A stretch of DNA of 64,000 bases, from positions 4,017 through 68,016 of the forward strand of contig DAINCX010000004.1 in assembly GCA_036732165.1 (NCBI GenBank). Reading direction: 5' to 3'. This document shows, in pieces, positions 27,116 through 35,777 of the stretch. The translations under genes and the position numbers were made by a program. Position 1 is the first letter of the stretch. Each line of letters starts with the position of its first letter. This DNA comes from Candidatus Dormiibacterota bacterium (GTDB lineage: Bacteria; Chloroflexota; Dormibacteria; CF-121). The notes beneath the pieces were generated by a model. It ran no database searches and was not told the DNA's origin. It worked only from the letters and a program-made list of their open reading frames with translations.

Positions 27116-29667
27116 CAGGATTCCCCCAGCCGGTCGCGGACGTAGCCCTGCAGGCTCTGGAAGGCCGCATCAACCCGCTCTGGGTCGACCCCTCCCCCCT
27201 GCCCGACCGGTCCCCGGCCACCGCCCTTGCCACCCGCGACAGCGTGGAACGCCTGGACGAGCGCACCAGCCGACAGCCGATCGGCCAGGGGGGCGGCCAC
27301 CTTGATGGCGAGGTTGCGGCCGCCGACGATGATGGCCACGCCATTGCCGTTGGCGCGATTGAGGGCCTGGTCGGCGAACGCCAGCAATTCCTGGGGGCCC
27401 GCGTCGACCCGCTGCAGCATCAGCCGGACGCCGTCGACATGCAGCTCATCAGTGTCGATCGCGCCCCCGGCCGCCAGGCGTTGCCGGAGCTGGGCAACGT
27501 CTTTTTGCAGCCGCTTGACCTCGCCCTGGAGGTTCTCGACCCGCGCCGGCAGCTCGGCAGGCGCGGCCCGGAGCGCCTCGCCCAGCTGCGAGAGGGTTCG
27601 TTCGTACATCCGCACCAGCCTGTCGGCCGCCTGCCCCGCGTGGAGCTCGATGCGGCGGACACCGGCGGCTACGCTCCGGTCGGATCCGATGATCGCCATG
27701 CCGATCTCGCCGGTGCGCGCCACGTGGGTGCCACCGCAGAGCTCGCGGGCCCAATCGCCGAAGGAGACCACCCGGACGGTGTCCCCGTACTTCTCGTCAA
27801 AGAGGGCAACAGCCCCTGTCGCGATCGCCTGTTCCAGCGGGAGCACCTCGACGTGCCGCTCCAGGTTGCTACGGATCCTGTCGTTGAGGAGCTGGGATAC
27901 CTGCTCCAGTTCCTCCGCCCGAAGCGGGCGCAAGAACTGGAAGTCGAATGTCGCACGATCCGGCGTCACGGCGGAGCCGGCCTGGGTGGCGGTTTCGCCA
28001 AGCACCTCGCGAAGCGCCCGGTGCAGTAGGTGGGTGGCCGAGTGATGGCGCGCCACGGCGGCCCGCCTGACCGGGTCGACGGCGGCGACCACCTGCCGAC
28101 CCGGCGTCAGCCCCTCACGACCGCCTCGAACCCGATGCCGAATAGCCTCCGCCTGGTACTGGACGTCGACGACCTCGGCGGTGTGATGATCCCAGCTGAT
28201 CCACCCGGTGTCGAACGTCTGGCCTCCCTTCTCGGCATAGAAGGGCGTGATATCGAGGAAGACATCCTGCTCGTCCGGGCGGTCAGGGACGTCGAACACG
28301 TCGACCACCCGGCTCTCGGTCCCCAGCTGTTCGTAGCCGACAAAGCGAGTCGCGGTCCCGGTCATGGGCTGGCTGAAGGCGGCCGCGGATGAGCGGCTCT
28401 TCTCCCGTTGACCCTGCATCAAGGCCGCGACGGCCGTCATGTCCACCGCCACGCCGCGCTCTTGAGCCAGCTCCGCCGTCAGCTCAATCGGGAATCCCAG
28501 CGTGTCGTGGAGGAAGAAGACCTCCTCCGGCGTCAGGGCGCCTCGATCGATCAGGCCCTCGAGCCGCTCCATCCCCTGCCGCAGTGCGATCGCGAAGCGG
28601 TCCTCCTCGGCCCGGATCGTATCGGTGATCCGCTGGACGCGGGCCGTGAGCTCCGGGTACACGCCGCCGAGAGTCTCGGCCACGGCAGGAACGGCCGACG
28701 ATAATCCCTGCGCAGCGCCGATGCGCCGGGCATGGACCATGGCACGACGGATCAGGCGGCGCAGCACGTAGCCGCGGCCCTCGTTTGAGGGAGTCACGCC
28801 GTCCGCCAGGAGCATCGCGCTGCCGCGGGCATGGTCGGCAAGCACCCGGATCGAGGTGTCCGATTCGGTCGTGCCCGGGTACGGATGACCCGTTTCGGTC
28901 ACCCAGTGCTCGATGAGGGGACGAAAGAGATCAGTCTCGAAGACCCCGGCGCGCGCGCCGTTCGCCACCGCGGTGATCCGCTCCAGGCTCATCCCGGTGT
29001 CGATCCCCTTGCGCTCCAGCGGGGTCCGGGTTCCGGCCTGGTCACGGCTCCACTGCATGAAGACGAGGTTCCAGATCTCGAGGAAGCGGTCGCAGTGCTC
29101 GCAGTTCGGCCCGCAGTCGGGACGGCCGCAGCTGTACTCCTCTCCCCAGTCGTAGTGAATCTCCGAGTCCGGCCCGCAGGGGCCGGTCGGACCGGCCGCC
29201 CAGAAGTTGTAGTCATCGCCAAAGCGCCTGATCCGTTCAGACGGGATGCCCGTCGTCGTCGTCCAGATCTCGTAGCTTTCGTCATCGTCGTTATGGATCC
29301 CGGCCCAGAGCCGCCCTGGATCAAGCTTCAGCTCCTGCGTGAGGAACTCATAGGCAAAGGGAATGGCCTCCTCCTTGAAGTAATCCCCGAAGGAGAAGTT
29401 GCCGAGCATCTCGAAGAACGTGAGGTGATGCCCGTCGTGCCCGACCACCTCGACGTCCACCGTCCGAAACACCTTCTGGGAGGTGGTGGCGCGGGGATGC
29501 GGTGGCTTCGCCTGGCCAAGGAAGTAGGGCTTGAACGGCACCATACCGGCACTGGTGAACAGCAGGCTAGGATCGCCGAACGGGATCAGGGAGGAGCTCG
29601 GCAACACCTTGTGGTCCCGCTCTTTGAAGAAGTTGAGAAAACGGTGGCGGATCTCGGCGCTGGTCAT
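27115..29667 (-). CDS. alaS: alanyl-tRNA synthetase
   Basis: 850 aa, class II AlaRS N-terminus (FLNFFKERDHKVLPSSSLIP..DPSLLFTSAGM), editing-domain HxxxH, C-terminal DHHA1. Confidence 0.92.
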   Translation of the reverse strand: MTSAEIRHRFLNFFKERDHKVLPSSSLIPFGDPSLLFTSAGMVPFKPYFLGQAKPPHPRATTSQKVFRTVDVEVVGHDGHHLTFFEMLGNFSFGDYFKEEAIPFAYEFLTQELKLDPGRLWAGIHNDDDESYEIWTTTTGIPSERIRRFGDDYNFWAAGPTGPCGPDSEIHYDWGEEYSCGRPDCGPNCEHCDRFLEIWNLVFMQWSRDQAGTRTPLERKGIDTGMSLERITAVANGARAGVFETDLFRPLIEHWVTETGHPYPGTTESDTSIRVLADHARGSAMLLADGVTPSNEGRGYVLRRLIRRAMVHARRIGAAQGLSSAVPAVAETLGGVYPELTARVQRITDTIRAEEDRFAIALRQGMERLEGLIDRGALTPEEVFFLHDTLGFPIELTAELAQERGVAVDMTAVAALMQGQREKSRSSAAAFSQPMTGTATRFVGYEQLGTESRVVDVFDVPDRPDEQDVFLDITPFYAEKGGQTFDTGWISWDHHTAEVVDVQYQAEAIRHRVRGGREGLTPGRQVVAAVDPVRRAAVARHHSATHLLHRALREVLGETATQAGSAVTPDRATFDFQFLRPLRAEELEQVSQLLNDRIRSNLERHVEVLPLEQAIATGAVALFDEKYGDTVRVVSFGDWARELCGGTHVARTGEIGMAIIGSDRSVAAGVRRIELHAGQAADRLVRMYERTLSQLGEALRAAPAELPARVENLQGEVKRLQKDVAQLRQRLAAGGAIDTDELHVDGVRLMLQRVDAGPQELLAFADQALNRANGNGVAIIVGGRNLAIKVAAPLADRLSAGALVQAFHAVAGGKGGGRGPVGQGGGVDPERVDAAFQSLQGYVRDRLGES

Positions 29668-29697
29668 AGTTGGCTGCGCGCCTTGATTGTAACGACC

Positions 29698-30366
29698 CTA
29701 ACCGACCGGTAACTCCCGCTTGAGGTGTTCGACGGCCGCCCGCTGCAGCCGCGACACGTGCATTTGCGAGATTCCAAGCCGCCTGGCGACCTCGGCTTGG
29801 GGCAACTCGTCGACGAAGCGCAGGTACATGATCCGCCGCTCGCGCGGCGTCAGGTGCCGCATCGCCTGGTCGAGCAGGTCCTGGAGCTCGACCTTATCCA
29901 GGTTCTCGTCCTCCCGACCCAGCCGCTCGGTGAGCTGCAGGCCGTCCTCCTCTTTGGCGGCCGGCCCGGTGGATTCGAAGGGAATCGTCCGTTGCGCTGG
30001 GCCCGCTTCCATCGCGGCCAGCACCTCCTCGGGCTCGAGCTCCAGCTCCTTGGCAATCTCGTTCACCGAAGGCTGGCGCCCCAGCCGGCCCTGGAGCCGC
30101 TGCTGCGCCAGGTCGGCCCGCTGCATGGTCTCCTGCAGGCGCCGTGGCACCTTGACGGCCCAGCTCTTGTCGCGGAAGTAGCGCTTGATCTCGCCCACGA
30201 TGGTCGGGGTGGCAAAGGTCGAGAACTCGAGCCCGCGCTGCGGCTCGAAGCGTTCGATCGCCTGGAGCAGGCCGATATAGCCGACCTGGACGATATCCTC
30301 CAGCGGCTCCCCCCGATTGCTGAATTTCTTAGCGAGAAAGACCACCAGGTTGTTGAACAGCTCCAC
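29698..30366 (-). CDS. sigB: RNA polymerase sigma factor, SigB/SigF/SigG-type (group 3)
   Basis: Region 2-4 very similar to B. subtilis SigB (LVELFNNLVVFLAKKFS..LEDIVQVGYIGLLQAIERF..FATPTIVGEIKRYFRDKSWAVKVPRR; C-terminal HTH ISQMHVSRLQ). Conserved region 1.2/2.1 continues upstream of the listed GTG start to about 30490 with no canonical start codon. Confidence 0.85.
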   Translation of the reverse strand: MELFNNLVVFLAKKFSNRGEPLEDIVQVGYIGLLQAIERFEPQRGLEFSTFATPTIVGEIKRYFRDKSWAVKVPRRLQETMQRADLAQQRLQGRLGRQPSVNEIAKELELEPEEVLAAMEAGPAQRTIPFESTGPAAKEEDGLQLTERLGREDENLDKVELQDLLDQAMRHLTPRERRIMYLRFVDELPQAEVARRLGISQMHVSRLQRAAVEHLKRELPVG

Positions 30367-30473
30367 GAGTTGCTGTCGGACCTGCGGATCCTTCGTCTTC
30401 TGGTACTTGAGGAAGAGCCGGCGGACGAGCTCGCGGTTGGGTCGGACGGACGGCTTGGGCGCCGCCGGAGCGT

Positions 30474-30965
30474 CTACTCGATCAGGTATTTGACCATCCT
30501 CATCCGCATGCTGCCCGTCTGGTTGTCTACGTGATAGCGCAACTCGTCCACGAACAGCCGGATCATATTCAACCCAATCGTTTCATAGTCGAGCTCGGCC
30601 TCCTGGCGCGCCCGCCGGACGGCTTGCAGGGCCTGCATCTCGACAGCGCGCGGCGGCACGCTTCGGACCTCGACTTCGATCCGGCGCGGCTCGCTCTTGA
30701 ACGTGAGCTTCAACTGGCCATTTCCCTTTCCCCATTGCTGGGTGGCGGCGGCACAGGCATTCTCGCAGGCCTGCGTGATCGCGATGTTGAGGTCGTCGAT
30801 CTCATGAAGCGAAAACCCCACGACCAGTCCCAGCGAGGCCGCCGCCCGCTTGGCGACGACGATGTAGTCAGGCACGGCGGGGAGCTTCAACTCGGTGATG
30901 TAGGAATCCGTGCCCAGCGCCCTGGTGGACGGCGTGCTGTGAGCTCGAAGCCGGCTGTCTTTCAT
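30474..30965 (-). CDS. rsbW: anti-sigma factor, RsbW/SpoIIAB-type serine kinase (HATPase_c)
   Basis: ELKLPAVPDYIVVAKRAAASLG..HEIDDLNIAITQACENA resembles the RsbW N-box. 163 aa; 4-nt overlap with the upstream DUF948 gene, and the 3' end overlaps the sigma factor N-terminal coding region. Confidence 0.75.
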   Translation of the reverse strand: MKDSRLRAHSTPSTRALGTDSYITELKLPAVPDYIVVAKRAAASLGLVVGFSLHEIDDLNIAITQACENACAAATQQWGKGNGQLKLTFKSEPRRIEVEVRSVPPRAVEMQALQAVRRARQEAELDYETIGLNMIRLFVDELRYHVDNQTGSMRMRMVKYLIE

Positions 30966-31306
30966 TCCTTGTCCCCCTGTGGTTGGGCCTGGGGGCCGGG
31001 CCGGCGGCCAAGCCCACCCGCCCGATGGCGGATCCGGTCGCGAAACCCGGTGATCGCGGCTCCGGTGGCACTCATGGCGCGGTCGGCGGCGGTGAACTTG
31101 TCATTGACCCCGGTAACCATGTCATCGACCTGCTGCAGGCTGTGCCGCAGTTCGGGAAGGGCCAGCCGGGCTTCGTCGAGGGTCACGGTAAGGATCGCTT
31201 CGATGGTTCGCAGGCTCCGGGTCATGTTGAGCAGGATGAAGGCGGCGAACAGGCTCAACACCAGAACGCCGATTCCGACCAACAGCACACCAATTTGCCA
31301 TAGCAA
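30962..31306 (-). CDS. DUF948-like small membrane protein (N-terminal TM + coiled coil, general-stress-protein-like)
   Basis: MLWQIGVLLVGIGVLVLSLFAAFILLNMTRSLRTIEAILTVTLDEARLALPELRHSLQQVDDMV; TTG start with GGGAGGA 10 nt upstream; 114 aa. Confidence 0.55.
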   Translation of the reverse strand: MLWQIGVLLVGIGVLVLSLFAAFILLNMTRSLRTIEAILTVTLDEARLALPELRHSLQQVDDMVTGVNDKFTAADRAMSATGAAITGFRDRIRHRAGGLGRRPGPQAQPQGDKE

Positions 31307-31353
31307 CTTACTCGGTCCTCCCGGCGCCCCTGTACGGGGCGCGTTGCCTATGT

Positions 31354-31380
31354 TCTACCGCGGTCGGCCGATGCCTAAAC
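31354..31380 (-). promoter_or_regulatory. candidate SigB-type promoter (GTTTAG-N15-GGTAGA) upstream of the DUF948-rsbW-sigB operon
   Basis: Minus-strand match to Firmicutes sigma-B consensus GTTTAA-N12-15-GGGTAT; followed by a GC hairpin (about 31323-31343) and an RBS. Confidence 0.25.
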
Positions 31381-31686
31381 GACCTGTTCACGCCTGCCCA
31401 ACCGCCCTCCGAGCCACTGGAAGATGGCCAGGAACGCCAGATCGGTCGCCGGGTGCAGATCGCCGACCGCCAGGGCCTGGCCCAGGCCGGCCGATCCGAT
31501 TGCCTCGCCGAGGAGAACCGCTACGGCACTGATACCGAGCCGGACCAGGTAATGAGGGGCACGGGGCGCGATGGCATACGCCAACTGGGTCCCCAGCAGG
31601 ATCAGGAGGACGGCCAGGACGAAGGCCGGTGGGATGGCGGCGAGCACCGCCGCGAGTTTACCGGATGCCGCCGAGCCGCGCCACAA
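31375..31686 (-). CDS. hypothetical small membrane protein (doubtful)
   Basis: 103-aa ORF with 2-3 hydrophobic segments; the listed TTG start lies inside the upstream terminator T-tract, so start and reality are uncertain. Confidence 0.3.
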   Translation of the reverse strand: MWRGSAASGKLAAVLAAIPPAFVLAVLLILLGTQLAYAIAPRAPHYLVRLGISAVAVLLGEAIGSAGLGQALAVGDLHPATDLAFLAIFQWLGGRLGRREQVV

Positions 31687-31722
31687 ACAAAAGAGGCCCG
31701 GCCGAAGCCGGACCTCTTTTCG
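31684..31722 (-). terminator. rho-independent terminator downstream of the secreted-protein gene (stem aagaggtccgg/ccgggcctctt, loop cttcgg, then TTGTTTG)
   Basis: GC-rich 11-bp stem (1 mismatch), 6-nt loop, U-rich tail on the minus strand immediately after the stop at 31732. Confidence 0.55.
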
Positions 31723-31731
31723 GGACCGCGG

Positions 31732-32586
31732 TTAGCGGTGGCCGCGATTCGTGTGCTTGTCGGTCTCCGCCGCTGCCGGGCTGGCGACGGTCGTCGCGGG
31801 GGTGGCGAGGCCGGCGGTCGCGCTCGCGGCCGACTTGCCCTGCGCCGGGCTCTGCCCGGTGAAGTTCGCCGAGTTCGAGTGCTGCTGCGCCTGGCTGTTC
31901 TGCATCGCGGGGGTATTCCCCGAGTTGCCCGGACGTGTGAACGGCGTGTAGTCGACCGTTACGGCCGAGAAAAGGATGCCGAGCGGCGCCCCGTTGATCG
32001 TCGCTACGCCCGCGCTGCTCAGCGTGACCCCGGTCAGAGTCTTGCCGGTGCTGGTGACGTTGATCGTGAGCATGTCGATTACTGCGTTTCCGCCACCTGC
32101 GGTCGGCTGGGCCGCTCCGTTCCACACGTTCAGAGTTGCCGGGTCGGTCGTGGCGTCGACCGTACGAGCATCGCCGGTCCGCCACTCACGAACGTTACCC
32201 CCGACTGTAAGGTCGGTGCTCTGGGTGGTACCGTCGCTGAATTTCAGCGTCAGGCGACCAGCTGTCTGGCCTTTGTACCACCAGTAGGAGTCGTAGGTGT
32301 TAACCAGCGCATAGACGGCCTGCGGGTTTTTGAAGGAACCGGTGAACGAAGCGCTCGTTCCGTCCTGCACGGCGACTGCAGTTCCGGTCGTCAGGTCAAA
32401 CGTGTGGCCCCCGAGCGTGGCCATGCCCGCTGGCGGTGTCTGATAGGCGTTTGACAGGGGAGCCTGGGCAGCAACACCCAGCGCGACGGTGGCCTCCTGC
32501 GCATGACCGACGACGCCGGAAACGGCAATGAGACTGGAAGCGAGAATGAGACCTTTGGCGGATTTCGTGAAGATTGCGGCGTTCAT
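31732..32586 (-). CDS. secreted hypothetical protein (Sec signal peptide, Thr/Gly/Ala-rich)
   Basis: N-terminal signal peptide MNAAIFTKSAKGLILASSLIAVSGVVGHAQEA, beta-rich Thr/Gly-rich body, Gln/Ser/Ala-rich low-complexity C-terminus; 284 aa. Confidence 0.55.
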   Translation of the reverse strand: MNAAIFTKSAKGLILASSLIAVSGVVGHAQEATVALGVAAQAPLSNAYQTPPAGMATLGGHTFDLTTGTAVAVQDGTSASFTGSFKNPQAVYALVNTYDSYWWYKGQTAGRLTLKFSDGTTQSTDLTVGGNVREWRTGDARTVDATTDPATLNVWNGAAQPTAGGGNAVIDMLTINVTSTGKTLTGVTLSSAGVATINGAPLGILFSAVTVDYTPFTRPGNSGNTPAMQNSQAQQHSNSANFTGQSPAQGKSAASATAGLATPATTVASPAAAETDKHTNRGHR

Positions 32587-32684
32587 GTGCCCTACTGTAA
32601 GTTCCGTACCTTACGCCGTTGATGGCGCCAGTTTGGCATGTCGTCACGGCCCGGAAAAACGCTGGTTACGGTGTGGCGAGGACC

Positions 32685-34466
32685 TTACGGGGACCCTTTT
32701 GGGGGCGGGAGCTTGAGTTCGAGCCCGAGATCGCGAAGCTGTTTCGGATCGGCCGGCGCCGGGGCGCCCGTCATCACCTCCTCGGCTTGCTGGTTCTTGG
32801 GAAAGGCCATCACCTCCCGAATCGTTTCCTCGCCAGCGGCGATCATGACCACCCGGTCGAGGCCGAACGCGAAGCCCCCGTGCGGCGGGGCCCCGTAGCC
32901 GAAGGCTTCCAGCAAGAAGCCGAAGCGCCGCTCGGCATCGGCGCGGGACATGCCCAGCCCGCTGAAGACCTGCTGTTGCATTTCGGAGTCGTGAATCCGG
33001 ATGCTTCCGGAACCGAGCTCGGTTCCGTTCAGGACGAGGTCGTAGGCCCGGGCCCGCACCCGGAGCGGGTCGGTGGCCAGCAGGCCGAGGTCTTCCGGCC
33101 GCGACGAGGTGAACGGGTGGTGGGCGGCCGTGATTTCCCCGGTTTCGGCGCTCCGCTCGAACAGGGGAAATTCCGTGACCCAGACGAATTCGAAGGCGTT
33201 CTCCGGAATCAGGCCGCGCTGGCGGGCGACCGCTTTGCGGACCGCGCCCAGTGCGGGCGCCACCACCTCGACCCGGTCGGCTACGGCGAGCACCAGGTCG
33301 CCCGGTTGGGCGCCGGTCGCCTCGCGCAACCCCGCCAGCTCGGCTTCCGAGAAGAACTTGGCGATCGGAGAACGCCACCCGTCCGCTTCCAGGTGCCAGT
33401 AAGCCAGGCCCTTGGCCTTCTCGGCCCGGGCCACCTCGGTCCAGGCGTCGACCTCCTTGGCCGCCGTGCCGGCGCCGCCCGGCACTCGGATGCCGCGGAT
33501 CGCGCCGCCCCCCTCGAGAACCTGGCGGAAGATCTTGAACTCGGTCTGGCCGAACCGCGAGGTCAGGTCGGTGATCTCCAGCCCAAAGCGCCGGTCTGGC
33601 TTGTCCACGCCGTAGCGGAGCATGGCGTCGGCGTGGGTGATCCGGCGGATTGGTGTTGGGACCGTGACGCCGAGGACCTGCTGGAATGTGTACGCGAACG
33701 CGCGCTCGATCACGTCCATCACATCCTCTTCGTTCACGAACGACATCTCGAGGTCCAACTGGGTAAATTCCGGCTGACGGTCCGCCCGCTGGTCCTCGTC
33801 GCGGTAGCAGCGCACGATCTGGAAGTAGCGGTCGACCCCACCCACCATCAGCAGCTGCTTGTAGAGCTGGGGAGACTGGGCCAGCGCATAGACGTGACCC
33901 GGGTTGAGCCGGCTGGGTACCAGGTAGTCGCGCGCCCCTTCGGGCGTGCTGCGGATCAGGACCGGCGTCTCGATCTCGAGGAACCCCTCCTCGTCGAGGA
34001 AGTCACGGATCGCCTTCGAGATGCGGTGACGCAACCGTAGGTTCCGGGCCATCCGCGGCCGGCGGAGGTCCAGGTAGCGGTAGCGGAGGCGTAGCTGCTC
34101 GTCGACCGCGCCGTCGTCGTTGATGGCGAAGGGCGGCGTCTTCGCTCGGTTGAGGATCTCGAGCTGGTCCGCCTCCACCTCCACCTCCCCCGTCTCCAGC
34201 TCGCGGTTCTCCGACCCCGGGGGCCGACGCCGAACCGACCCGGCCACGTGGATGACGGTCTCCAGCCGGAGCTCGGCGGCGGTCCCGTGGGCCTGCGGGT
34301 GTGCCGGGTCGAATGTCACCTGGACGATCCCGGAGCGGTCGCGGAGGTCGATAAAGATCAGGCCGCCGTGGTCGCGCCGGCGATGGACCCAGCCATACAG
34401 GTCGACGGTCTGCGCCACGTTGGCGGCGCGAAGCTGACCGCCGGGGGTCCGCACCGTCCGGCTCAC
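32685..34466 (-). CDS. aspS: aspartyl-tRNA synthetase (bacterial type)
   Basis: 593 aa; OB anticodon-binding N-domain (LYGWVHRRRDHGGLIFIDLRDRSGIVQV), class II motifs, GAD insertion. Confidence 0.92.
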   Translation of the reverse strand: MSRTVRTPGGQLRAANVAQTVDLYGWVHRRRDHGGLIFIDLRDRSGIVQVTFDPAHPQAHGTAAELRLETVIHVAGSVRRRPPGSENRELETGEVEVEADQLEILNRAKTPPFAINDDGAVDEQLRLRYRYLDLRRPRMARNLRLRHRISKAIRDFLDEEGFLEIETPVLIRSTPEGARDYLVPSRLNPGHVYALAQSPQLYKQLLMVGGVDRYFQIVRCYRDEDQRADRQPEFTQLDLEMSFVNEEDVMDVIERAFAYTFQQVLGVTVPTPIRRITHADAMLRYGVDKPDRRFGLEITDLTSRFGQTEFKIFRQVLEGGGAIRGIRVPGGAGTAAKEVDAWTEVARAEKAKGLAYWHLEADGWRSPIAKFFSEAELAGLREATGAQPGDLVLAVADRVEVVAPALGAVRKAVARQRGLIPENAFEFVWVTEFPLFERSAETGEITAAHHPFTSSRPEDLGLLATDPLRVRARAYDLVLNGTELGSGSIRIHDSEMQQQVFSGLGMSRADAERRFGFLLEAFGYGAPPHGGFAFGLDRVVMIAAGEETIREVMAFPKNQQAEEVMTGAPAPADPKQLRDLGLELKLPPPKGSP

Positions 34467-35734
34467 GCGGCGCCCACCGCCTGGGTCACCGCAGCGATGA
34501 TCTCGCGCTCGGGCACCGTCACCTGGGTCTTGGCGCTCATGTCCCGGATGACCGCTTCGCCTCGGGCGCGCTCGTCGGGACCGACGATGAGGGCAACACG
34601 GGCGCCCTTGCGCGCGGCCTTTCGCAGGCGGGCGTCCAGCCTGGCGTCGCCCGGGTCGAGAACGACCCGAAGGCCGCCGGCACGCAACGTCGAGGCCAGC
34701 TGGAAGGCATAGCCCTGGTCACCATCCTCGAGCGCGATGGCGTAGACATCCACGCCTTCTGCCTGACCCGGGCTTCCCTGCCTGAGGATCAGGAGGGTGC
34801 GATCCATCCCGACGGCCAGCCCGACTCCGGGCGTGGATCGATAGCCCAGCTCGGCCGCCAGGCCGTCGTACCGGCCGCCGCCCCCGAGGGCGTTCTGGGC
34901 GCCGCCGAGGCTCCCGTGCTGGTACTCAAAGACCGTGCGTGTGTAGTAGTCCAGGCCACGCACCAGGCTGGGATCGAGCTCGAAGGGGATGCCCGCGGCT
35001 TCGAGCGCGCCCTTGACGCTGGCGAAGGCCGTGGCACAGGGCCCGCAGAGATGATCGACGATCCGCGGCGCCTTGGCCTTGAGCGGCTGGCATTGCGGCA
35101 CCTTGCAATCCAAAAGCCGCAGCGGATTGCGCTCGAATCGGATCCGGTCCTCCTCGCAGAGCGTGTCGAGATGCGGTCGGTAGTAATCGCGAAGCAGCTC
35201 ACGGTAGGCGGGCCGGCAGACTTCGTCGCCAATGCTATTGAGCTTGAGCCCGAGGTCGCCGATCCCCAGCTCGCTGAACCACTGCCAGCCGACCTGGATC
35301 ACCTCCACGTCCAGCAGAGCGTGGCCCTCGCCGATCACCTCCACCCCGAACTGATGGAACTGTCGGTAGCGCCCCGCCTGGGGGCGGTCGTAACGGAAAA
35401 ATGGCCCCAGGTAGAAGAGCCGGACCGGCTGCGGCTCCTGGTCCAGGCCGCCATCGAAGTAGGCCCGGACAATCGACGCGGTGCCTTCCGGCCGCAGGGT
35501 GAGGGACCGGCCGCCCCGATCGGTAAACGTGTACATCTCCTTGGCCACCACATCGCTCGCCTCTCCGGCGCTCCGCACGAATAGGTCGGTCGCTTCGAAA
35601 ATTGGGGTGGCGATTTTTTGATAGCCGGCGCGGGTCGCGGCGGTGTGTGCCGCTCGTTCCATCAACTCCCAGTGGGGCTGGTCTGCGGGCAGGATGTCCT
35701 GGGTGCCGCGAACGCGCTGCGCCACAGGAGCCAT
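34463..35734 (-). CDS. hisS: histidyl-tRNA synthetase
   Basis: 423 aa; VRGTQDILPAD N-terminus, class II motifs, C-terminal anticodon-binding domain. Confidence 0.9.
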   Translation of the reverse strand: MAPVAQRVRGTQDILPADQPHWELMERAAHTAATRAGYQKIATPIFEATDLFVRSAGEASDVVAKEMYTFTDRGGRSLTLRPEGTASIVRAYFDGGLDQEPQPVRLFYLGPFFRYDRPQAGRYRQFHQFGVEVIGEGHALLDVEVIQVGWQWFSELGIGDLGLKLNSIGDEVCRPAYRELLRDYYRPHLDTLCEEDRIRFERNPLRLLDCKVPQCQPLKAKAPRIVDHLCGPCATAFASVKGALEAAGIPFELDPSLVRGLDYYTRTVFEYQHGSLGGAQNALGGGGRYDGLAAELGYRSTPGVGLAVGMDRTLLILRQGSPGQAEGVDVYAIALEDGDQGYAFQLASTLRAGGLRVVLDPGDARLDARLRKAARKGARVALIVGPDERARGEAVIRDMSAKTQVTVPEREIIAAVTQAVGAA

Positions 35735-35777
35735 AGTCCCGAAAGCTTAGCGAACACGAAGCGGCGTTTCGGCCCAG

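Noticed and set aside
30962-31686. Search for an anti-anti-sigma (STAS) ORF upstream of rsbW
   Set aside because: Neither ORF upstream of rsbW (DUF948-like, and a doubtful 103-aa hydrophobic ORF) has STAS-like sequence. The absence is reported as a finding rather than a feature.
35735-35777. Possible terminator hairpin between hisS and the GGDEF gene
   Set aside because: Only a weak inverted repeat with a long loop and no U-tract.
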